64,000 nucleotides of DNA, taken from the IMG/VR virus record IMGVR_UViG_3300046323_000587, positions 124,001 through 188,000 of that record; one strand, given 5' to 3'. The position numbers and the translations under genes were made by a program. Under the pieces are notes generated by a model. The model saw only the letters and a list, made by a program, of their open reading frames with translations, was not told where the DNA came from and searched no databases. Below, one piece after another: positions 56,811 through 64,000 of this stretch (position 1 is its first letter; each line of letters begins with the position of its first letter).

Positions 56811-57659
56811 TTAATATAAATCAATTAAATTAGGAGTTGCTTGATTACTGATAGTTGCATCAAATGTACCAGGAGTAACTAAATTTCTTAATACCAAACC
56901 TGTATAATTACCATCATCAAAACTATAATGAATAGTTCTAGCAGCCATTACTGTTGCAGGATAGTGTGTTGCATATAAATTAATATCATTAGTTCCTCTA
57001 TTAAACATCTGACGAACTTCATTAGGTGTAATTACATACCCTTCACAAATCATAAAATCTGCCATGTGAGAATTATTAACTATAAAACTAGAAGTTGCAA
57101 AACCACCGTTAATAGGAGCTGCATCTCTTAAGGTTCTTAATAATCCTGCATCATATTGAACTTTTGTTAAATTAGATTGTGTATTTACTCCAACACTGTC
57201 AATATCAATCCCATTAAGATATACTTTAAGATTGTTTACATTATAACCATTCCCACCCTGATTAGTGACCACTATATGATCCATTTTTGTATCGTTTTGT
57301 CTAGTTAGTGTCAGTGTAGTCGTTTTTAATATAGATGAATTAGTTGGTTCGTTACTCCAGAATATTCCGTCTGAATATATAATTAGTTGCAATCTATCGG
57401 TAGCTAAAGTAGTTGATCTTCTAGAACTTATAGATTGAAGATTTTTTCCCCAAAATGAGATAGAAAAAGTTACATCAGGCCTTAATCTATCAATAGCTGT
57501 ATATCCATTAATATTAAGATATTCTCCATTAGAATTAGTTGCATTTCCTCCTGAAGTAATTACTCCTCCTGTACTATTCATTCTTAGACCTCTACGAAAT
57601 ACTCTAGCTTGGTCATTAGACTCCATTTTATGTTCTACGTATTTGTTTCCTGTTGCCAT
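56811..57659 (-). CDS. LamG/concanavalin A-like lectin domain protein (282 aa)
   Basis: TFSISFWGK, DHIVVT, LKVYLNG, MADFMI...TPNEVRQMFN, HYSFDDG. Confidence 0.8.
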   Translation of the reverse strand: MATGNKYVEHKMESNDQARVFRRGLRMNSTGGVITSGGNATNSNGEYLNINGYTAIDRLRPDVTFSISFWGKNLQSISSRRSTTLATDRLQLIIYSDGIFWSNEPTNSSILKTTTLTLTRQNDTKMDHIVVTNQGGNGYNVNNLKVYLNGIDIDSVGVNTQSNLTKVQYDAGLLRTLRDAAPINGGFATSSFIVNNSHMADFMICEGYVITPNEVRQMFNRGTNDINLYATHYPATVMAARTIHYSFDDGNYTGLVLRNLVTPGTFDATISNQATPNLIDLY

Positions 57660-57680
57660 AATGTGATTGATTAAAAGTAA

Positions 57681-58835
57681 TTAAACATAATTGAAAGTAA
57701 ATGTAATGTTTGTAGTTGCTATATTTTTAGCTACAATATGTAATGTATAGTATCCGCTATTAGAAATAAAGGCTGTATCAATTGCAGTGTTAAGTGCTGT
57801 TAATGTTGTCAAAGTGTAAGTAGTAAAATTAGAAGAATAATTATATAAAACTTCAATACTAAAATTAACAAAATCAAAGGTTAGTACATCGATTTTAGTA
57901 TTAAATCCAACTAATGTTTCTAAAGAAATTCCTGTATTTGCATTATAGACAAATACTCCACTATTTGTCACTATTTCTGGAAAATCATATTGAAATAATA
58001 TACTTTCATCAAAAATTGAGTTAGAATAATTTTGTAAGTAACAAGTTAAATTAAATGCTCTTTGTCTTGTAGCTACAATAGTTTGTAATTGATTAAATGT
58101 TTGACTAAGATTAGTTTGAGGCAAAGTTCCTGTTTCAAGATAATCAAATAATACCTGAGAAGTATTAGATATATCTGTACCCAATAAAGTATTATACAGT
58201 TTTAAATTTGCTATAGTATCTCTAGCTATATTAAGTGTTTCTTCGTTTGAATCCGCTCTAAAATGTATTGTATGGTTATATTTATTAATAGATTGTAATT
58301 GAATAATATTTGTAGGTAATACAGAGCATAAATTTGATATAACCATACCAGTAGGTGGAACTAAATTAAATATAAATGTTTTGTCTGGATCAACTGTTAA
58401 AGAATAATTTATTGTTGTAGTAAATGAGAGTGTTGTTGTTAATATTCCAGAAGCAAAAGAAAAAGTCCCGCTAGGAAAAAACCCGCCTGTAAAATCTGCT
58501 ATAACCGCTGGATTTACTCCTCCAGAAGAAACATTCCAAGTACCAGAAAAAGACGAAGTAATATCTCCTGTTCTAGTTATTGTAAAAGTATAAGTATCTC
58601 CTTCTGTTGTTCCAGATGTTTTAGTTGCACATAATACAGTTAAAGGACAAGTTCCTGTGTTACCAACCAAAATTCTACTTGCATTTAATGTTGTAGCTAA
58701 ACTAATATCTATATTTAATGCTATTGCTAATTGAGCATTTGTTAAAGGATAAGCTAGTCCAGAAGTATTTAAAGAAATTCCATTAATTGTGTCTCTAACT
58801 TGTGTATAATAACTATCTCCATTATTAAAAGGCAT
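57681..58835 (-). CDS. Fibre/adhesin with Calx-beta domain (384 aa)
   Basis: EGDTYTFTITRTGD...W.V...GVNPA..ADF...SGTFSFASG...DKTF. Confidence 0.75.
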   Translation of the reverse strand: MPFNNGDSYYTQVRDTINGISLNTSGLAYPLTNAQLAIALNIDISLATTLNASRILVGNTGTCPLTVLCATKTSGTTEGDTYTFTITRTGDITSSFSGTWNVSSGGVNPAVIADFTGGFFPSGTFSFASGILTTTLSFTTTINYSLTVDPDKTFIFNLVPPTGMVISNLCSVLPTNIIQLQSINKYNHTIHFRADSNEETLNIARDTIANLKLYNTLLGTDISNTSQVLFDYLETGTLPQTNLSQTFNQLQTIVATRQRAFNLTCYLQNYSNSIFDESILFQYDFPEIVTNSGVFVYNANTGISLETLVGFNTKIDVLTFDFVNFSIEVLYNYSSNFTTYTLTTLTALNTAIDTAFISNSGYYTLHIVAKNIATTNITFTFNYV

Positions 58836-58874
58836 AACTATTTAATTTAAATTTTTAAAGTAATATTTTTAATA

Positions 58875-60626
58875 TTAATAATATAATGTATAAAATTGAA
58901 CAAACCAACCATCATTTCCACTTGCATTCAATTGTCCACTAATATTAAGTGTAACTTGTGAACCTATTGCAGCTGAATTGAATCCTGAAAGCAATAATAA
59001 TTGTTGATAAGTTCCTCCTGATGGTATTGTATTATAAGTAGTTTTATTAAAATTTGCTACCGCATTAAGATTTGGAATTGTGTTGACAGGAGTCAAAGTA
59101 TTGGAAATATAAGTTACATTAGAACCTGTTAAATTAGAAGAAACATTTGTGTTTCCTCCATAAAACATAAGGAATTCATTAGCTGCTGTTCCCGCAAATA
59201 TTTCACATACTACCACTATATTATTATAGTATCTACCATCAGTAGGTTCTAATATAGTATATCTTTCTGGTGTATATGTAACCATTGCATTAGATGTTCC
59301 ACCTAAAACTTGATTGTTTTTATATACAATATTATCAGGAGAATACATTGATACAAATTCTGTAGTGACTGTTGAATTAATTGTAATAGGTAAACTAATA
59401 TTTCCACTAGCTCCATTTAGTCCTAGTTGTTTTACACTATTTAAATAAATAGCTTTTGTCCATTGAGTTGGATTAGGTAAATAATTTAAAAAATAATTAC
59501 TTCCAATATTAATATTAGTTACAACTCCGTTAGCAGGAGAAGTAGTACCTAAACCTGTATTTCTTTGAGTTACTGTATAACTATATTTTACAAATACTAT
59601 ACTAAATGTTGTATTGGTTAATATTGATGAGCTTACAAAATTAGTTGGAAACGGAACTCCTCCATAATAATTATCAGTAGTTGCTACTCCATTTATTGTA
59701 GAAAATGGTAAATCTCCTTGTGTTTGATAAGCAACTTTATATCCTGCATTTGGTGTTACAGTTGTAGTAAAAGTTGTTCCTTTATCCCAAGTATAAGATC
59801 CAATACTTTGATTAGCTACCGTACCATTAGCAGTTGTTTCAAGTTTCACTATAATAGTTTCTTTAACAAAAACTACATCAATAGTAATATCAGAAATTAC
59901 TGTAAAAGAAATATTTTCATTAATAGAGTTTGTAGTTACAAATGTACTTCCAATATAATAACCAAGTATTTTTTGATATGGATTTGTAATATTAGCTGTA
60001 ATAGAAAATAAAAATCCAGATTGAATTGTAGTTGCTCCTAACATTGTTACAGTACCTGAACCAGCAGCGTTACCCGATTTAGTTACTGTTACAGTATAAA
60101 ATTGTATTTGTTGTATAACTCCTGAAATATTTCCACAAGTATTCATTTGTGCAGTTGGAGGAGTAATAGATATTGAAAAAGTTTTATCTAATAAAGTTCC
60201 AGTTAAAGTTGTATTTGTAACTATTGAAATAGTTTTTATTAACTCATTAGCATTAAATACAACACTTCCAGTTATAGCAGAGGCAAAATCAGAAGCAATT
60301 GCTGGATTTACTCCTGTGCCTATAATAGTCCAAGTAACTGGAACTTGATCTCCTAGACTACCTGTTCTAGAGATATCAAAATTTAATGTATTTCCTTCTA
60401 ATATAGTTGGGGCATTTGAAGATAAACAAAATAAACTTACTGGACATTTATTAGAATCAAATTTAACTACACTGTCTTTAATTTGTTGTGCAACAGTTAA
60501 ACTAACTCCAAGCATAAAAGAGATACTCTCTGCTGTTGAACTTGGAGTTATAGGATAACTTGTTTTTATTCCATTACTTACTGTCTTAATAGACGAGTAA
60601 ATCATATTTCCTGTACTATAAGGCAT
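58875..60626 (-). CDS. Fibre/adhesin with Calx-beta and InlB-B/Flg_new-like repeats (583 aa)
   Basis: EGNTLNFDISRTG...GVNPAIASDF..GSVVF; repeats YTVTV...G.GTV...TVTPNAGYKV...I.VVF. Confidence 0.72.
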   Translation of the reverse strand: MPYSTGNMIYSSIKTVSNGIKTSYPITPSSTAESISFMLGVSLTVAQQIKDSVVKFDSNKCPVSLFCLSSNAPTILEGNTLNFDISRTGSLGDQVPVTWTIIGTGVNPAIASDFASAITGSVVFNANELIKTISIVTNTTLTGTLLDKTFSISITPPTAQMNTCGNISGVIQQIQFYTVTVTKSGNAAGSGTVTMLGATTIQSGFLFSITANITNPYQKILGYYIGSTFVTTNSINENISFTVISDITIDVVFVKETIIVKLETTANGTVANQSIGSYTWDKGTTFTTTVTPNAGYKVAYQTQGDLPFSTINGVATTDNYYGGVPFPTNFVSSSILTNTTFSIVFVKYSYTVTQRNTGLGTTSPANGVVTNINIGSNYFLNYLPNPTQWTKAIYLNSVKQLGLNGASGNISLPITINSTVTTEFVSMYSPDNIVYKNNQVLGGTSNAMVTYTPERYTILEPTDGRYYNNIVVVCEIFAGTAANEFLMFYGGNTNVSSNLTGSNVTYISNTLTPVNTIPNLNAVANFNKTTYNTIPSGGTYQQLLLLSGFNSAAIGSQVTLNISGQLNASGNDGWFVQFYTLYY

Positions 60627-60673
60627 TTTATAATAGATTCAAATTAATTTATTTATTTGTTGAGTGTTTTTTC

Positions 60674-61624
60674 TTAAGGCAATGTAATACAAGATTGACT
60701 TCCTGACCAAGCTAATGTAAAAGGAGTAAAAATTATATCAATTACTTGTGATGTAGTAACATTAGTAAATGTATAAGTACCTGATTTCATTTTAGCAGAA
60801 GCTCCTGTTAAGTATGTAGATAATATATTTACTTCAGGTGCAGCAATACTTTGTATTGTATTTACTAAAATAGAAGTAACCACTAAATTTGGAGCATTAG
60901 AATCAAAATCTATAACAAAAGTGTTAGGAAAAGCGTTAATTATATGAACATTAATAGGAGTAAATTTAGAACTTGTTCCTCCTCCTATAAGATTCACTGT
61001 AATAGTTAATGGACTTGTTGAAGCTAATACTAAATTAGATATAACACAATCAACTGTACTACTAACAACTATCTTATATTCTGTACCTGCGACTAACCCA
61101 GTAATATTAAACTGAACATCAGTAGTAAAATTAGTTGAAATTAGTGTATTGGTAGAATTATTGTAAGTTTCTATTTTATATGTATTAATACCAATGTTAT
61201 TCCAACCAATTAATATACTAGAAGAAGTTTGATCTAATATTTTTATGTTAAGAATTGACGTTAAATCTTTTGGTAAAAAAGTATTGATTATTTCTTCACG
61301 ATATTTAGCAAAAAGATTTGTATCACAATTAGAAGAGCAATTTAACTTATAACAGTCATTATAAATTTTAGTTAATATTTCATCTGTTAAACAACAACCA
61401 TTATCTAAATAATCTGAAATTATTTTTTTTATCATTGCTGATAAATTTATTAAATAATGTAATTTATTTATTTCATTGTAATATTGTTTAACAGGTTTAC
61501 CAATATATTCTAATTTTTGTGCGTCTATAATATATTGATAAGCATCTGAAAATATCTTGTTGTAAAGTGTATAAGTAGATTGTTCTAGTTGTTCTATTAA
61601 ATAATATTTACAAAATGTTGTCAT
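60674..61624 (-). CDS. Cys-rich helical domain plus fibronectin type III domain (possible tail hub/fibre protein, 316 aa)
   Basis: TSSSILIGW...YKIE...FNITGLVAGTEYKIVV = FN3; N-terminal GCCLT...DCY..NCSSNC. Confidence 0.65.
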   Translation of the reverse strand: MTTFCKYYLIEQLEQSTYTLYNKIFSDAYQYIIDAQKLEYIGKPVKQYYNEINKLHYLINLSAMIKKIISDYLDNGCCLTDEILTKIYNDCYKLNCSSNCDTNLFAKYREEIINTFLPKDLTSILNIKILDQTSSSILIGWNNIGINTYKIETYNNSTNTLISTNFTTDVQFNITGLVAGTEYKIVVSSTVDCVISNLVLASTSPLTITVNLIGGGTSSKFTPINVHIINAFPNTFVIDFDSNAPNLVVTSILVNTIQSIAAPEVNILSTYLTGASAKMKSGTYTFTNVTTSQVIDIIFTPFTLAWSGSQSCITLP

Positions 61625-64000
61625 TATTTACAACCACAGTTAGAAGTTAAATTAGAGTTACTAGAATTATTAGAAAAAGAACTATTAGAAAAAGTTGTAT
61701 TACCTGATTCAACACATTCTTTTGTTTTACAAGGAATACAAAGCTCTTCAAGTTTTTTTCTTAAATCATCTAACTTAGTTATAGTAGTCAATTTATTTGT
61801 AATATCAATTTCTGTATACACTTGATTCAATTTTTGTTCTTCTTGTACTAACATCATATACATTTGATACAGTGCCATAATTTTATTAGTTTTATACTTT
61901 GTATCTTCACAAATTTTATCGTTACACGTATCATTAGAACAACAAATAGCTTTACTTAAAAAATCAGTATAACATTTATCAATAGCACAAAATACATATT
62001 CTAATTCAACCCAATTATCAGTAGCAATAGTAGTATTTAAATAATTTATTTTATACACACCATCTTGAAATGTATAATCCTTTGTCAAAGAAGAATTGAG
62101 TGTAAATTGGTCTATTTGAGTAAATACGCCATTAATAGATTTATTAATAGTAATTGTATAGTTATTTGTAGGGCTATTATTTACAAATTTATATTTAGTA
62201 CAATCACAAAGAGTTGTAGTATTATAACAATCTTTTAATAATTCAACTGATTTACACGTATTGATTAACAATTCTTTTACAGTTTTAGTGCAACAATTTG
62301 TATGAGTTGCAATAACTTTACCTGCGCCTAATTTATCTAATGTGAGACTATAATTGAAATTAGCTAATACAATAGGTGTAATTAAAGGATCAGGAACTAC
62401 ATAAGTTAATTTTTTTGCAACATTTTCTAACCAAGTTGAAGTTTTATAATTCCAAGAATAATATTGATAAATTAATGTAGAAGTTTGACCAACAACACAA
62501 GTTACAGCAGGAGTTGTAATTAAATCAATTAAAGTATCTGGATGAGCTACTTGAGTAACTAAATCATCACAATAACCTTCTGACCAATACCATTCTTCTA
62601 TCGAATCTTGTTTATCGTTATTTGGATCAAGAGAAGTTGGAATTATGTTTAGTACACTGTTTACAGGATAACAACAATTTAATACAGGTAGTTCTATAAT
62701 AGGTTTATAGTCTAATATATTAAATGTATATTCATACCAATCTGTTTCAAATTCAGTTTTTGGTGTAGGAGTTGAATCACAACCACAACTATCTGTTTTA
62801 ACGTAAGAAACATATTTTAATTTAGTTCTTAGTGTTTGAATACCAGTTGAACAAGCATCTGTTGTATAGCAACTTCCAGGTTTAGAATTAAAACAACTAT
62901 TCCATACATTTGAAGTCTTCTTTTCAATATAAAAATCTATTTTATCAATTAAACAAGGGTTTGTTATCTTACTATCATCACAAACAGTATACAATAAATT
63001 ACAATTTTGTTGTGTATTAAAATTTAAAGTAGGTTTTATAGACTCTAAATAAAATGAAATACTTTCTTGATAAGGTGTAACACCAGTAACAAGTATACCA
63101 TTAATAAATGTTGTAGCAGTGCCTGTAAATTGGTTTTTATGTTGCTGTAAAGGCCAAGCATTAGTAAATCTTCCTGTTAATTTAAAATCAGCTGTAAAAT
63201 AAGTTAAATTAGGAATAAAATTAGGAGTAGGAATAGTGCATATACTAGAACTGCCATAAGTATAAGTGTATCCGATATTGCTAGATTTAAAATAAATGGT
63301 AAAAATATTGTTTGCTTCTGTTGTAATGTAATATTTATTGTTTTGATAACACGAAAATATTTTAGTACCAGAAGTAGATTCAACTTTTGTAATATTTGGT
63401 GAAGGTGTTTCATATAAATAAGCGGATAAATTAAATGATTGTCCGATAGCTTCAAAAATTAATGGGCTAGTCCCTCCACAATTTGCAATTAATCTATATT
63501 CAAATCTAGTACGATAAATACAAGTTGTTTCAGTTAAACCTTTTACAATTTTTTGAGAATTTAATGGAACATAATCTACAATTTCCCAAAGTGAAGTAGT
63601 AGTATTAAATTTTTCTATTGCAATTCTTCCTCTTGTTATATTTGGATTTTGCATCCAAGTTGTATTTGATACAGGTATAGAATGTGTGTGAGAATTTGTA
63701 CTTTTAGTTGTTACGTCAATAAAATTAATTGAAGTAGTACCTGCAATTCTTTCATAAATAACTTTAGGTTCAATTACTTCATAATTTATAGTTAAATTTT
63801 GTAAATCACACGGAGTAGTAGCTGAAAATAGAGTTGAAATTGCATTAAAAGTTGTTGAAGAATTTATACTTATTGGATTTGAAGGAACCCAAACAATAGG
63901 TGAAGGAAAGGGTCCAGGACACACTGTATTCACATTAGAAGTTAACGAAATTAAATGAGCACCTGAACCTCTTGCTACTGTAATCCAATTATTTGTAATA
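61624..64000 (-). CDS. Cys-rich tail hub/fibre protein, 5'-truncated by window edge
   Basis: Frame stays open from the track start (GTG 63933) to the window end; Ig-like beta segments; C-terminal CAIDKCY...AICC...CIPC...NCGCK resembles crAss hub-protein C-termini. Confidence 0.6.
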   Translation of the reverse strand, partial: ITNNWITVARGSGAHLISLTSNVNTVCPGPFPSPIVWVPSNPISINSSTTFNAISTLFSATTPCDLQNLTINYEVIEPKVIYERIAGTTSINFIDVTTKSTNSHTHSIPVSNTTWMQNPNITRGRIAIEKFNTTTSLWEIVDYVPLNSQKIVKGLTETTCIYRTRFEYRLIANCGGTSPLIFEAIGQSFNLSAYLYETPSPNITKVESTSGTKIFSCYQNNKYYITTEANNIFTIYFKSSNIGYTYTYGSSSICTIPTPNFIPNLTYFTADFKLTGRFTNAWPLQQHKNQFTGTATTFINGILVTGVTPYQESISFYLESIKPTLNFNTQQNCNLLYTVCDDSKITNPCLIDKIDFYIEKKTSNVWNSCFNSKPGSCYTTDACSTGIQTLRTKLKYVSYVKTDSCGCDSTPTPKTEFETDWYEYTFNILDYKPIIELPVLNCCYPVNSVLNIIPTSLDPNNDKQDSIEEWYWSEGYCDDLVTQVAHPDTLIDLITTPAVTCVVGQTSTLIYQYYSWNYKTSTWLENVAKKLTYVVPDPLITPIVLANFNYSLTLDKLGAGKVIATHTNCCTKTVKELLINTCKSVELLKDCYNTTTLCDCTKYKFVNNSPTNNYTITINKSINGVFTQIDQFTLNSSLTKDYTFQDGVYKINYLNTTIATDNWVELEYVFCAIDKCYTDFLSKAICCSNDTCNDKICEDTKYKTNKIMALYQMYMMLVQEEQKLNQVYTEIDITNKLTTITKLDDLRKKLEELCIPCKTKECVESGNTTFSNSSFSNNSSNSNLTSNCGCK

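Noticed and set aside
5274-60011. Short + strand ORFs in the track (e.g. 5274, 7650, 9336, 15336, 21021, 23884, 28628, 44955, 59718)
   Set aside because: All are antisense shadows of long - strand genes with Ser/Leu/Phe-rich composition typical of reverse frames.
20894-63455. Nested alternative-frame - strand ORFs (20894, 24643, 43638, 63204)
   Set aside because: Overlap better-supported genes; composition reflects frame-shifted codon bias.
1-64000. CRISPR array, tRNA/rRNA, introns, inteins, DGR, integrase/transposase
   Set aside because: No regularly spaced repeats, cloverleaf-like GC stems, RT or homing-nuclease motifs seen; the only tyrosine-nucleophile enzyme has TopIB motifs.

Overview
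Very AT-rich (roughly three-quarters A+T by eye), densely coding, single-orientation (all real genes on the - strand) segment of a crAss-like (Crassvirales-type) podovirus genome, probably infecting a Bacteroidota host (no Shine-Dalgarno sites, near-exclusive TAA stops). In transcription order (right to left): Cys-rich tail-hub/fibre/adhesin genes (FN3, Calx-beta, LamG, DUF5977 repeats), acidic scaffold-like protein, major capsid protein, conserved gene-75-like protein, ring proteins, auxiliary capsid protein, muzzle (tail stabilisation) protein, then ejected cargo proteins ending in two giant virion proteins (one with an intact plus a degenerate SF1 helicase; the last runs off the window). 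The most striking feature is that about 17 non-structural ORFs interleaved in the virion module (14.7-49.2 kb) carry about 35 copies of a short basic di-glycine tag (K[YF]QxGG / [YF]KxGGKL, variant K[YF]QxP[AD]G) at their termini and at internal domain junctions, while capsid, ring, muzzle and fibre proteins lack it. The tagged modules hold interchangeable effector domains (topoisomerase IB catalytic core, polyvalent-type ADP-ribosyltransferase, several HExxH zincins, DUF192, DUF5754-like, peptidoglycan-binding-like). This suggests a tag-addressed, polymorphic virion-cargo (injected effector) system, with one member apparently switched off by an (AT)7 tract and another decayed. All family assignments come from motif recognition by eye; no searches were run.
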